The notes: generated from the sequence alone by a model not told the origin. A stretch of DNA of 63,227 nt, filler included, from an uncultured Methanosarcinales archaeon (GCA_964472345.1; 14 parts of 14 records of this genome joined end to end with filler, not necessarily neighbours in it); one strand, 5' to 3'. Counted from the whole stretch's first letter, positions 18,567-29,019 are shown. Numbers and translations: made by a program.

Positions 18567-19787
18567 ATGGCCGATGTGTTCGCCGGCGTCCTGAAGAAAT
18601 TGCATGATGCGCAGCAGCTCGCAGGCTGGTCTGATGAGGAGCTTGCAGTTCTGGAAAAGCCAAAGCGCATCCTCCGGAAGACGCTCCGCATCGGTGGCAG
18701 GTCCTACCCCGCCTTCCGTGTCCAGTACAACGACGCCCGCGGCCCGATGAAAGGCGGCATCCGTTTTCATCCTGCCGTGAACGAGTCCGAGGTCAAGGCG
18801 CTCGCCTTCTGGATGACGCTGAAGTGCGCGCTCGCAGGCATCCCGTACGGCGGAGCGAAAGGCGGCATTGCGATCGACGTAAAGAAACTTTCCGCGCCGG
18901 AGCTTGAGAAGGTGAGCCGGGCGTATGCGCGCGCCTTCGCCAGCCATCTTGGCCCATTGATCGACGTGCCCGCGCCTGACGTCGGGACAGATGCGCAGGT
19001 GATGGCGTGGATGCTGGATGAGCATGAGGCGATTGTCGGGAGGCATGAGCCTGCAGCTTTCACCGGCAAGCCGCTCGCGCTCGGAGGCAGCAGGCTCCGC
19101 GGGGAGGCAACCGCTCTTGGAGGCTTCTTCGTGCTGCGCGAGGCGCTGAAAAAATTCAAGGCGGGGAAAACTGTCGCAATCCAGGGCTTCGGGAATGTTG
19201 GTAGGAATGCGGCTGATGTCCTGCATGCAGAAGGGTACACCATCGTTGCGGTGAGCGACACGAAAGGGGGTATGTATCGTCCGCAGGGGCTGGATATTGC
19301 AGCTGTCGGGAAGCAGAAAGATGCCACGGGCTCGGTCGCCGGCTTTCCCGGGGCAAAGAGCGTGAGCAACGAGGAGCTGCTCGAGCTGCCCTGCGGCGTG
19401 CTGATCCCTGCGGCATTGGAAGGGCAGCTCACGAAGGAGAACGCTTCCAGGATAAAGGCAAAAATGGTCTTTGAGCTCGCCAACGGGCCGACGGCGCCGG
19501 AAGCTGATGCGATCCTGCGGAAGCGCGGCATCCCGGTGGTGCCAGATGTCCTTGCGAATGCGGGCGGCGTCACGGTAAGCTATTTTGAATGGGCGCAGAA
19601 CCTGACCGGCTGGTACTGGGAGGCTGATGAAGTGCGCAGCAGGCTCGAGCAGGTGATGGTGCGGGCGTTTGAGGAGCTGTATGATGAGTATAAGCGCCGG
19701 AAGGGGATCGACCTGCGGACGGCCGCGTACATCCTTGCAGTCAATAAGGTGCTGGAAGCGGAAAGGGCGCGCGGCCGGATCAGATAA
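18567..19787 (+). CDS. gdhA: Glutamate dehydrogenase (Glu/Leu/Phe/Val family)
   Basis: RGPMKGGIRF, GGAKGG, VPAPDVGT, QGFGNVG, ELANGP, NAGGVTVSYFEW. Confidence 0.95.
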   Translation: MADVFAGVLKKLHDAQQLAGWSDEELAVLEKPKRILRKTLRIGGRSYPAFRVQYNDARGPMKGGIRFHPAVNESEVKALAFWMTLKCALAGIPYGGAKGGIAIDVKKLSAPELEKVSRAYARAFASHLGPLIDVPAPDVGTDAQVMAWMLDEHEAIVGRHEPAAFTGKPLALGGSRLRGEATALGGFFVLREALKKFKAGKTVAIQGFGNVGRNAADVLHAEGYTIVAVSDTKGGMYRPQGLDIAAVGKQKDATGSVAGFPGAKSVSNEELLELPCGVLIPAALEGQLTKENASRIKAKMVFELANGPTAPEADAILRKRGIPVVPDVLANAGGVTVSYFEWAQNLTGWYWEADEVRSRLEQVMVRAFEELYDEYKRRKGIDLRTAAYILAVNKVLEAERARGRIR

Positions 19788-19788
19788 G

Positions 19789-19867
19789 AGCCTATCCCGG
19801 TTGGCAGATGAGCCTGCTGGCGCTCCGTCGGCGTCTGCTGAGCTGGAAACGTCTAGTGGGATAGGCT
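19789..19867. repeat. Long hairpin directly after the gdhA stop
   Basis: AGCCTATCCC/GGGATAGGCT 10-bp inverted repeat enclosing GCAGATG/CGTCTGC. Confidence 0.45.
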
Positions 19868-20041
19868 TCTAAGAGAGGGGCACTAACAAATGGACTTTTT
19901 ATTTCTAAGAGGTCATTTTGTAGTTTCTACCTTAATAATTTNNNNNNNNNNNNNNNNNNNNNNNNNNNNNNNNNNNNNNNNNNNNTTAATTAATTAANNN
20001 NNNNNNNNNNNNNNNNNNNNNNNNNNNNNNNNNNNNNNNNN

Positions 20042-20549
20042 TGAGCTGGCGGGTTTCCGGCGTGTCCTGCGCGCCCTGCTCCGCAAGGAGCCGCGTGATC
20101 ATACGCTCGCGGGTGTTCGCTGCGCGGATTTCTTCAAGCGGCTGCCCTTCGGCAAACGCCTGCGCGTCGATGAGGACAACGCGGAAGTAGCTGTTGCGGA
20201 CCGCCCTGAGGTCATGCGCCTCGACGGACGGCTTGAGCTGCTGGAGCCGCCCTTCATCCAGATAGCGCAGCGCCTCTGCCGTCGCCAGCTTGCCGTCAAA
20301 GCCCGCGATGAGCCTGCCGTTCTCGTGCAGGAGAAAGAGGTTCTGCGCGTCGGGAAATGTGTCCGCAAATGCCCGCGCCTCGCTGATGACATTGATGCCG
20401 AAGGCAGCGCTGAGAGCCACCGCAAGGATGGCAGCGGCAAGCGCGTACGGGAAGATGCGCCTGGCGAGCTTGAACGCGAGGAGCAGCGCGGCGAGCAGCA
20501 GCAGGATGCCGACGCCGCCGGAGATGAAAAGGGTGGAAAGGAGGGGCAT
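20042..20549 (-). CDS. Hypothetical membrane protein, 3' truncated
   Basis: Two N-terminal TM helices; TATA (TTTAAA, about 20572-20577) upstream. Confidence 0.7.
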
Positions 20550-20592
20550 GGAGCCGAGAAGTTCGTTGTGGTTTAAATAATCTGGTGTCCGC

Positions 20593-21174
20593 TCACTTCT
20601 TTTTTTCTGACTGAGGCGGCCCTGCTCTAAAAACACATATCACGGGATCTGGCATGCCCCAATCTTCTGCGAGCCACCCCCTCAAAGCAGCTTCCGCCTG
20701 TTGCGGCTCCGGAATGGCGTTGCCGTATTTTTGTTTATACATCTCAAGCATTCGATCGGCGGAAACTCCGAATGCTCCGGCCACCGCTCGGACAAAGCCT
20801 ATCCCCAGGCTTGGCTCGTCCTGCGCTGTGACGAGTTCAGCGACTGATTTTCTGGCTTCCATTCCTTGCGGGTAGCGGTTCGCGATTCCAAGAATATATC
20901 CACTGATTTGGTTGGGTTCGATGCCCATCAACTCTGCTGCAACATTTATTGAGATTCTATTAGGGAAAAATCCCTGTAACCGCTCCCAAGCAGCTTGCTC
21001 TTCAGCCGAAGGTTGCCATGCTCTCCCTGAGGTGTATTCTTCTGCAAGGGACTGTATAATCTCTTCCACAGGATCTGGGAGCCGAGAGGCTGGATTTCCG
21101 CTAGTCCCTTCCGGGGAAAATCTTCCGTCAAGCGTTTCCCCTGTCGCCGGAGCCGAAGGATCATTGCGCTGCAT
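20593..21174 (-). CDS. Hypothetical protein (AT-richer than its neighbours)
   Basis: 193-aa ORF with TATA (TTTATAAATA, about 21194-21203) upstream. Confidence 0.6.
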   Translation of the reverse strand: MQRNDPSAPATGETLDGRFSPEGTSGNPASRLPDPVEEIIQSLAEEYTSGRAWQPSAEEQAAWERLQGFFPNRISINVAAELMGIEPNQISGYILGIANRYPQGMEARKSVAELVTAQDEPSLGIGFVRAVAGAFGVSADRMLEMYKQKYGNAIPEPQQAEAALRGWLAEDWGMPDPVICVFRAGPPQSEKKK

Positions 21175-21372
21175 ACCTGCCTGTGGTCCGCCCTATTTAT
21201 AAACTTTTCTATTTTTTAGTCACTTTAAAGTTATGACAAGGTCTGCGTGGCTGCCTGCGTGTGCGCCTGAGAGGGCCCGCGGAGTATTCCAATAAGAATA
21301 ATCCTTGCACAAATCTTTATAAGGCGCGCCCGTGTTTCCCGGCTGCAGTAACACACTGAGGTGGTTGGAACC

Positions 21373-22511
21373 ATGGCACGGACATCATTTTTCACCAGCG
21401 AGAGCGTGACGGAAGGTCACCCGGACAAGATCTGCGACCAGGTCAGCGACGCGATCCTCGACGAGCTGTACCGCCAGGATCCCTCTTCGCGGGTTGCGGT
21501 CGAAACGATGACGACCACCGGCCTTGTGATCGTTGCAGGGGAAGTCACGACCAGGGGGTTCGCGGACGTGCAGCGGATCGTCCGGCAGACACTGAAGGAG
21601 ATAGGATACACGGATCCGCAGTACGGCATCGACTGCGAGGATGCGGGGGTTCTGGTGAGCATCCACGGGCAGTCGGCCGATATCGCCATGGGCGTCGATT
21701 CCGGCGACGGCAAGGAGCAAGGCGCCGGCGACCAGGGAATGATGTACGGTTTCGCGACCAGCGAGACGCCGGAGCTGATGCCGCTGCCGATCATGCTCGC
21801 GCACGGCCTGACGCGGAAGCTCTCAGAGGTCAGGAAGAAAGGCGTCATCGACTACTTCGGGCCTGACGGCAAGAGCCAGGTTTCTGTTGAGTACCACGAC
21901 GGGAAGCCGGTCCGGGTGGATGCTATCGTGATCGCGCAGCAGCACCGGGAGTATATCAACCAGCACCAAGTAAGGAAAGACATCATTGAGAAGGTGATCC
22001 GGCCGGTGTTTGAAGAATGGAAGCAGAAGACGGGGCAGATGCTGCTTGATGAGCGCACAGCCATCCACATCAATGCCACCGGCAAGTTCGTCATCGGCGG
22101 GCCTGAAGGGGACACAGGAGTGACCGGAAGGAAGATCATCGTTGATACCTATGGCGGCATCGGCAGGCACGGCGGCGGCGCATTCTCCGGCAAGGATCCG
22201 ACGAAGGTTGACCGCTCGGGCGCGTACGCCGCGCGCTACGTGGCCAAGAACATTGTCGCCGCAGGGCTCGCGGACAAGTGCGAGCTCCAGCTTTCCTATG
22301 CCATCGGGATTGCGCAGCCCACCTCGATCAACGTGGACACCTTCGGAACCGGCAAGATTCCCAACGAGCGGATCGTGGAGCTGGTCAGGAAGCACTTCCC
22401 GCTGACGCCCCGGTGGATCATCGACACCCTGAATCTGCGCCGTCCTATCTACAAGAAGACCGCAGCGTACGGGCATTTCGGCAGGGACGAGCCGGACTTC
22501 ACCTGGGAGGC
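21373..22511 (+). CDS. metK: S-adenosylmethionine synthetase, bacterial/eukaryotic type; stop falls in or near the N gap
   Basis: [65 protein letters not shown]. Confidence 0.97.
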
Positions 22512-22611
22512 NNNNNNNNNNNNNNNNNNNNNNNNNNNNNNNNNNNNNNNNNNNNNNNNNNNNNNNNNNNNNNNNNNNNNNNNNNNNNNNNNNNNNNNNN
22601 NNNNNNNNNNN
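22512..22611. other. 100-N scaffold gap without the TTAA linker
   Basis: Pure N run inside contig 5. Confidence 0.95.
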
Positions 22612-22660
22612 GCGCCCATCGTTCTCCGCGTTAAACATCAGTGGTTTGCCGGCAGGATCA

Positions 22661-23704
22661 TCAGGAAGAACTATGGCCGCTTTGCCGTTTATGTGAGAAA
22701 GTCGCGCCGTCCAGCGCGTCGGGGGCCAACCGTGCACCGACCTGCCCAACGACCTTCGCTGCGAGCGCGGAAGCAAGCTCGCCGGCATCCTTGAGCGGCC
22801 AGCCTTTCAGCACTCCGTGCAGGAAGCCTGCAGCATACGCATCACCCGCTCCGGTGGTGTCGACGGCGTGCGCTTTGACGGCGCTGACGCGGATGAGCTC
22901 TTTTCCCCGCGCAATCAGCGAACCGTGCACGCCGCGCTTGACGATGGCGGTTTCGCACCACTGCGCGAGATCGCCGGCTGCCTCTTCTGCCTTCTTTCCG
23001 GTCAGCGCTTCCGCTTCCTGCTCATTGGCAAAGACGATGTCACCATAGCGCCGAAGGCTGTCGATGAACAGCGGTTTGCTGCGCGCCACCACGCCGGCAT
23101 CGCTGAGGTCGAGCGAGACCTTCGTCCGGTGCTTCTTCGCAAGCCGGAGCGCGTGCAGCGCAGGCTCCCGTGTTTTTTCGTCTTCAAGGAAATAGCCGTC
23201 AAGATGGATCAGCCTGCTGCTCCGGATGTCATCCTCGCTGATGTCGTGCGCACCCATCCTTGTCGAGGCGCCGTAGTGGACCGCGAACGTCCGCTCCGCG
23301 TCCGGCGTGATGAGCACGATGCAGTGGCCGGTCAGCTCCTTGCTTGTGCTGAGTTTTGAGATGGCCCCCGCGGCGAGCGTCTCCTGCTCGTAGAGATGGC
23401 CGTACTCGTCATCCCCGAGCTTGCCGCAGAAGGCCGTTTTCGCCCCCAGCAGAGCGGCCATGGCAGTGGCATTTGCCGCGCTGCCTCCGGCCGCGATGCG
23501 CACGCTGGCGTATTTGATGCGCTCGAGGATCTTCCGGGAGTGCGCTGCATCGGTCAGGTGGAAGCGCCCTTTGGTAAGGTTCAGCTCCTTGAGCAGCGCG
23601 TCATCAACCTCCACGAGGAAATCGACGAGCGCGTTGCCGAGGCCGTAGATGTCGATGGTCTTTGCGGCGCCGGTGCCTCTTGAGGCGGCAGTGGTTTTTG
23701 TCAT
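22661..23704 (-). CDS. PfkB-family kinase, adenosine-kinase-like
   Basis: GLGNALVD, GGSAANAT, FANEQEA, VDTTGAGDAYAAG. Confidence 0.92.
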   Translation of the reverse strand: MTKTTAASRGTGAAKTIDIYGLGNALVDFLVEVDDALLKELNLTKGRFHLTDAAHSRKILERIKYASVRIAAGGSAANATAMAALLGAKTAFCGKLGDDEYGHLYEQETLAAGAISKLSTSKELTGHCIVLITPDAERTFAVHYGASTRMGAHDISEDDIRSSRLIHLDGYFLEDEKTREPALHALRLAKKHRTKVSLDLSDAGVVARSKPLFIDSLRRYGDIVFANEQEAEALTGKKAEEAAGDLAQWCETAIVKRGVHGSLIARGKELIRVSAVKAHAVDTTGAGDAYAAGFLHGVLKGWPLKDAGELASALAAKVVGQVGARLAPDALDGATFSHKRQSGHSSS

Positions 23705-23762
23705 CGTGCTGGGGTCACCTATAGTGTTTTATATATAGGTTTCTGCCAGTAAATGCTTATAT

Positions 23763-24617
23763 ATGTTTTTGCCATTCCTTCCCCATGCAGCGACGGGAGG
23801 GGTGGTAGAAACGCGGCGCCATACTGCTCTTCGTGTTGCACGTGGGTCAGATTTCAAGTTAGGGGATGCAGTCGACTTCGGGTTTCTTGCCTGCATCGAA
23901 GTAAAAAACACAAGGGAGCTGGAGGAAGGAAAGCTCCCGCACCAGGTCGAGCGAAACCGGGACTACCTCTGGAACTCACTTGACGATGCGGTTGTTGTCG
24001 CAAGCGGCGCTGCACGGCCCTTCGATAACCCTATCCCTAGAGTCCCCGATTTGTATGACTTCGTCCTCAACATCGGATTCTCCGAGGAAGAACTCAGGGT
24101 TGCGCTGGGGGATATCCGCCGCTTCGCCAATCTCCCCCCAAAAGAAATCGATCTTCTGTCCCGTATGATGGAAGCGCGGCGGCATGGGATACCTCTCCGG
24201 GCGATGACACGGGCGGGCGACCGTGGCTATTCCCAACGGATGATGGATTATTTTCCGGATTACACAACCAAACACGGCGTCTTGCGTGACCTGAGCGGGG
24301 CGGTGGGACTCATGAGGGAAGTAGCCCTTGCCAACAAGTTTGCCGACGTGCTGCAACAGGGGACTGTCGTTGTTCGCTATACCTACGGCGAAGAGATGGG
24401 CTGGCCCGACGTCGATGTGCTTGTGGTAGCCAGGCTCCCTCATTTTGTTGAAGCGATGCGCCAGATTGCAGAGCGAAGGGCACACTACCGCTTTTCCCCT
24501 TTGTTTGAAAGAGTCATCGAGTGCTACCAGCAGCGCGCTGCTTCCGTTCCGCAAGCCCTTCGTGAGCTTTCTCCACTACCTCATAAAGAGGAAGGTATTT
24601 ATGCTCCCTCCTGTTAA
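23763..24617 (+). CDS. Hypothetical protein, possible PD-(D/E)xK-like motifs
   Basis: 284-aa ORF; true start uncertain; D..IEVKN near the N-terminus and PDVDVLV near the C-terminus. Confidence 0.6.
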   Translation: MFLPFLPHAATGGVVETRRHTALRVARGSDFKLGDAVDFGFLACIEVKNTRELEEGKLPHQVERNRDYLWNSLDDAVVVASGAARPFDNPIPRVPDLYDFVLNIGFSEEELRVALGDIRRFANLPPKEIDLLSRMMEARRHGIPLRAMTRAGDRGYSQRMMDYFPDYTTKHGVLRDLSGAVGLMREVALANKFADVLQQGTVVVRYTYGEEMGWPDVDVLVVARLPHFVEAMRQIAERRAHYRFSPLFERVIECYQQRAASVPQALRELSPLPHKEEGIYAPSC

Positions 24618-24626
24618 TTCTGTCCT

Positions 24627-24760
24627 ATGGTCCTCCTCCGCTCCGCCGCAACCACGCTGAACCCCGGCGACGCTGCTCCTGGCTTCTCGCTGAAGAATGT
24701 TGACGGCAAAAGCTATTCGCTCGCAGACTTCAATGAAAAGATCCTCGTCATCATCTTCAT
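24627..24760 (+). CDS. Thioredoxin/AhpC-TSA family protein, truncated
   Basis: LNPGDAAPGFSLKNVDGKSYSLADF..ILVIIF. Confidence 0.85.
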
Positions 24761-24860
24761 NNNNNNNNNNNNNNNNNNNNNNNNNNNNNNNNNNNNNNNN
24801 NNNNTTAATTAATTAANNNNNNNNNNNNNNNNNNNNNNNNNNNNNNNNNNNNNNNNNNNN

Positions 24861-24973
24861 AAGTGGAGAAAGAAGAAAACCCGCCAGAAGCGAGGATACT
24901 TGAACTTCTCAAAAAGGCAAGATTCACAGAAAAAGATTGGCAGGCCATCCTCAAAGAGAGGCAAAAAGAATGA
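24861..24973 (+). CDS. 3' end of a probable antitoxin
   Basis: ..NPPEARILELLKKARFTEKDWQAILKERQKE-stop, ATGA overlap with the PIN gene. Confidence 0.6.
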
Positions 24974-25368
24974 ATTGCACGGCAGATACTTCTTTTTTCA
25001 TGCGCTTGAGTGAAGGGAGTGAAAAAGCTGCACGCCTCTGGGAGGACATCACGCAGGGAAAAAGCCGCCTGATTGTCCCGACAGCTGTTCTGGTAGAGCT
25101 TAAAAAACAATATGCAAAAAAAGGCATGCAGAAGGAAGCGGACGAGTTAATCTCTGCATTCGAACGCTCCAGCAGGATCACGATTCTGCCCCTGACGACC
25201 GAACTCGCAAAAAAGGCAGGCAACATAAGTTACACCTACAACCTCACAAACTTTGATGCAGTGATAATCACAACTGCAATTGAAACTGGATTCGTAGCAA
25301 TTCCAACGAGTGACCCTTTATTTCTCAGGGCGCAGAAAGACGAAAAGATCACTGTTGTACCGATGTAG
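24970..25368 (+). CDS. vapC: PIN-domain (VapC-like) toxin
   Basis: ADTSFF, VLVEL, FDAVIITTA, TSDP acidic residue pattern. Confidence 0.88.
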   Translation: MNCTADTSFFMRLSEGSEKAARLWEDITQGKSRLIVPTAVLVELKKQYAKKGMQKEADELISAFERSSRITILPLTTELAKKAGNISYTYNLTNFDAVIITTAIETGFVAIPTSDPLFLRAQKDEKITVVPM

Positions 25369-25392
25369 CCGAGCTTCTGAAAGAAAAAAAAC

Positions 25393-25525
25393 GTATTTGT
25401 TTAGCACCTTCGAAATTCATGCTCATATCATCGACGGGGCTGCGTCCCCGTATGGGGCGTCCCCCCGCGACGCCCCCGATGATTTGCGTCGAAGGAATTT
25501 CGACCTTAGGGTGCTAAACAAATAC
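25393..25525. mobile_element. MITE-like palindromic element, 133 bp
   Basis: Perfect 16-bp terminal inverted repeat GTATTTGTTTAGCACC/GGTGCTAAACAAATAC with nested CGAAATTC/GAATTTCG and ATCATCG/CGATGAT stems. Confidence 0.55.
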
Positions 25526-25533
25526 AAAAAAAA

Positions 25534-28500
25534 CTACACCTTCAAACTCACGACCTTGCTCACGCCGAACTCGTCCATCGAGACGCCGTAGAGCGTGTCC
25601 GCCTCGGTGATGAGCGCGTCGTTGTGGCTTATGATGAGGTATTGGGCGCGGCGGCAGTACTCCCGTATGAGCTTGGCAAGCTTCTCGCTGTTGTGCTTGT
25701 CCAATGCCGCGTCAACCTCGTCAAGCACGTAGAAGCTGTGGGGCTGGTGCTCCTGGATCGCGAAGATGAACGCCAGCGCCGTCATCGTCTTCTCCCCCCC
25801 GCTCAGGCTCTTGATATCCAGGTAGCGCTGGCCGATGAGCCGCACCTTGACGTTCAGGCCGCCGTCGAACGGCTTCTCAGGGACATCGAGCTGCAGATAG
25901 GCATTGCCTTTCCTGCTCAGCAAGGCAAACTTCCGCTGGAAATTCTCATTGATCTCCTTGAATGTCCTTGAGAACTGCTCCTTCTTCTTGCCTTCGATTT
26001 CATCCATCAGCCCGACGACGCCGGTCTTCTCCTTCAGCAGCGTCTCACGCTTCTCGAGCAGCTTCTGGTACTCGGCCTCGACCTGCTCATAAATCTCCAG
26101 CGCCTTCATGTTCACGGCGCTCATGCTGGCAAGCATCCGCTCAAATTTCGCAATCTCGAGCTTCAACTCGTCCTCGCCCTTCCCGCGCAGGATCCTGCCA
26201 TTCCTGACCGGTTCGAACTGCGTCTCAAGGCCGGCGAGCTCGGACTTGACGCTTGCGAGCTTCAGGCTTATCGTGTTGATCTCGATCTCCATCTTCCTGC
26301 TCTGCTCGCGGTGGGCATCAATCCGGCTCTCGAGCCCGCTGGTTTCGGCAGCAAGGCGATCGCGCCTGGTGAACAAATCACGATACGCGCTCATGAACGT
26401 ACGCAGCGCTTTTTCCTGCTCCTGCAGCTCCCGATCACCTGTCCCGATCTCCTGCTGGAGCTGCTGCAGCTCGGCGGCGAACTGAGCCTCTTCTTTGGTA
26501 TGGCCCTTCACCAGCGCACCAATGCGCTCCTGCTCGGGCCTCAGCACCGTCGCGACCTGCCGGTCAAGCGTATCAGTCTCGCCCTTGATCTCGAGCGCGG
26601 TCTCGCGGACGGCCTGGCGCGCTTCCTCGAATGCGCCGAGCTCGGCAAGCAGACGTGGATTGCGGAGCTGCGTCATGGTGAGCTTGAGCTGCTCCTTCTT
26701 CGTCTTTGCGGCAGCGAGATCGTGATTCCCGGCCTGCACGCGCTCCGCAGCATCGCGCAGCTGCTTCTCCACCTCCGCGAGCCCCTTGGCGAGCTGCTCC
26801 TTCTCCTGCATCGTCGCATCAAGATCGCCAACGCCAACGTGCAGGGTTTTCTCGAGCCGCGCGAGCTCGCCTTCAAGCGCGAGCTTTTCCTTGCGCAGCA
26901 GGGGGAGGCGCTCCTCGTTGAGCTCTTTTCTCCCGGTGATGTCAGCGATTGCCGCCCGGAGCATGGCAAGCTGCTTCTCGACCGACTGAAGCTGCTGAGC
27001 CACGCTGCTCTCCGCGAACGCCGGGACGCGCTTTGTGTGATAGCCTCCGCGCATGACGCCGCTCTGCTCCGCCAAGTCGCCATCGAGCGTCACCATGCGC
27101 GCTTTCCCGATGCCGATGCGCCGCGCGACGCTGAGGTCATCGACCACGAGCGTATCCGCAAAAACGTGCCTGAATGCGGGAGCGAACCGCTCGTCAAAAC
27201 TGATGAGATCGACCGCAAAGCCATGGACACCGCGCTCCTTGGCAAGGGGCTTGACGTCGTCGCGCATGGCAGGTGCCTTGATCCTGCTCAAGGGGATGAA
27301 TGTGGCGACGCCAAACTTGTTGTCTTTCAGGTACCTGATGCATTCGGCGGCGACCTTCTCGTCTTCAACGACGATGCTGTGCAGGCGGGAGCCGGCAGCG
27401 ATCTCGAGCGCGAGCGCGTATTTGCCTTCCCCATGGCCGAGCTTCGCCACGGTCCCGTAGACGCCTGATCTCTTGAGCGCAAGAATCTTCTTCATGGCGA
27501 TGCTGCTGGTGACACGCTCCTCTGCTCCAGCCTGGCGCGCCTGAAGCCTCGCCTGCTCTTCCTGCTGCGCGTGGAGCTGCTTGCGGCTTTCCCCGAGCTG
27601 CCCGGCGTATTTCGTGTCAGCATCGAGCGCGGCGTTGAGGTCGTTCGTGAGCGTGATGAATCTTGCCCTTTTCTGCTTCAGCTCGTCAAGCTGCTGCCGG
27701 TTTTCCTTCGCAACGGACGCAACTTTCCTGGCGCGCTCGTCGAGCGTCTGGATCTGGTACTCCAACCGGTCTTTCTGGCGCAGCAATTCCTGCTGCTTCT
27801 CGCGGAGCTGGTGCATCTCCTCCTGCTTGCGCTCCATGGATTTCTCGAGCTCCTCGATCTCGCGCTCAACGCCGCCCACGTCCCCGATCTTGTTCTTCTT
27901 CTTGAAGAGAGCTATCCTCTGCTCGAGCTGCTCAAGCTCGCGCTCCTTTTCCTGCCTGCGCCTGAGGAGCTGCTGCTTCTTTTCCTCGAGCTCAGTGATG
28001 TTTCTCCCGATATCGTGATGGTCCTTGCCAAGGGACTGCTTGCGCGCCTTGATCTTGGCGAGCGCGTCCTTGATCATCTCCACGCGGTTCTTCTGCTTTT
28101 CGAGCTGGACGCGCCGGTTCTCAATCGACTTGTTCAGCTTGACCTGCTCGACCTCGCCCTTCTGCTCGATCTCGGTGTTGATGCGGCCTGCATCTTCTTT
28201 TTTCTGCTCGATCAGCTGCCTTCCGCCTTGGATCTGCTGCTCGAGCTTCTGGAGCTTCTCGCGCAGCTGCGCGGCTTCCTGCTCAAGCCTGTCCCTGACG
28301 GCGATCTTCTTCTCCATCTGCAAGGTGATGTAGCTTGCCTTGTTCGATTCGATATGCTGCTGGAGCTCCCTGAATTTCAGCGCCTGGTCGCGGTCCTTCT
28401 TCAGCTCGCGCAGATGGGTCTTGCGCTCATTCAGCACAATCTCCGCCTCCTCCAGCTTCTTCCCGACCTTCTCGAGCTCGAGCAGCGCCTTGTGCTTCCG

Positions 28501-29019
28501 CTCCTCGTAGACGGAAACGCCGCTGATCTCCTCCACAAGCTGCCTCCGCTCGAGGGGCGACATCTCGATGAAGCGCGTGATATCGCCCTGAAGGATTATA
28601 TTATAGCCGTCCGGGTCGATGCGCGCCGCGCTGAGCAGCTCGACGACCTCGTTCCGCGTGCGCGTCCTGCCGTTAATCCGGTAGGTGCTCTGGCCGTTCT
28701 TCCTGATGATGCGGCTGAGCTTCACTTCCGGCTCCTCGACCGGGAAGACCTTGCTCGTGTTGTCGAACGAGATGTGCACCTCCCCCTTGTCCGCGGCCTT
28801 CTTCTTCTTGCCGCCGTTGAAGATCAGGTTGGCGCTCTTCTCGGCGCGGAGGCTCTTGCTGCCCATCCGGCCCAGGACGAAGCAGAGCGCGTCGAGGACG
28901 TTACTCTTACCCGATCCGTTGGGGCCCAGAACGCAGTTAAAGTTGTCCCCAAAGACGAACTCCGTGCGGTTGGCGAAGCTCTTGAAGCCGTGGATCACGA
29001 GCTTGGTAATCTTCGTCAT
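25534..29019 (-). CDS. smc: Chromosome segregation protein SMC
   Basis: GFKSF, Walker A GPNGSGKSN, hinge (GVATFIPL, VTLDGDL), LSGGE signature, VLDEVDAALD. Confidence 0.98.
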   Translation of the reverse strand: MTKITKLVIHGFKSFANRTEFVFGDNFNCVLGPNGSGKSNVLDALCFVLGRMGSKSLRAEKSANLIFNGGKKKKAADKGEVHISFDNTSKVFPVEEPEVKLSRIIRKNGQSTYRINGRTRTRNEVVELLSAARIDPDGYNIILQGDITRFIEMSPLERRQLVEEISGVSVYEERKHKALLELEKVGKKLEEAEIVLNERKTHLRELKKDRDQALKFRELQQHIESNKASYITLQMEKKIAVRDRLEQEAAQLREKLQKLEQQIQGGRQLIEQKKEDAGRINTEIEQKGEVEQVKLNKSIENRRVQLEKQKNRVEMIKDALAKIKARKQSLGKDHHDIGRNITELEEKKQQLLRRRQEKERELEQLEQRIALFKKKNKIGDVGGVEREIEELEKSMERKQEEMHQLREKQQELLRQKDRLEYQIQTLDERARKVASVAKENRQQLDELKQKRARFITLTNDLNAALDADTKYAGQLGESRKQLHAQQEEQARLQARQAGAEERVTSSIAMKKILALKRSGVYGTVAKLGHGEGKYALALEIAAGSRLHSIVVEDEKVAAECIRYLKDNKFGVATFIPLSRIKAPAMRDDVKPLAKERGVHGFAVDLISFDERFAPAFRHVFADTLVVDDLSVARRIGIGKARMVTLDGDLAEQSGVMRGGYHTKRVPAFAESSVAQQLQSVEKQLAMLRAAIADITGRKELNEERLPLLRKEKLALEGELARLEKTLHVGVGDLDATMQEKEQLAKGLAEVEKQLRDAAERVQAGNHDLAAAKTKKEQLKLTMTQLRNPRLLAELGAFEEARQAVRETALEIKGETDTLDRQVATVLRPEQERIGALVKGHTKEEAQFAAELQQLQQEIGTGDRELQEQEKALRTFMSAYRDLFTRRDRLAAETSGLESRIDAHREQSRKMEIEINTISLKLASVKSELAGLETQFEPVRNGRILRGKGEDELKLEIAKFERMLASMSAVNMKALEIYEQVEAEYQKLLEKRETLLKEKTGVVGLMDEIEGKKKEQFSRTFKEINENFQRKFALLSRKGNAYLQLDVPEKPFDGGLNVKVRLIGQRYLDIKSLSGGEKTMTALAFIFAIQEHQPHSFYVLDEVDAALDKHNSEKLAKLIREYCRRAQYLIISHNDALITEADTLYGVSMDEFGVSKVVSLKV

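Noticed and set aside
21361..22794. MetK with a long C-terminal extension
   Set aside because: The ORF caller read through a 100-N gap into the antisense of the pfkB gene; MetK homology ends at FTWE.
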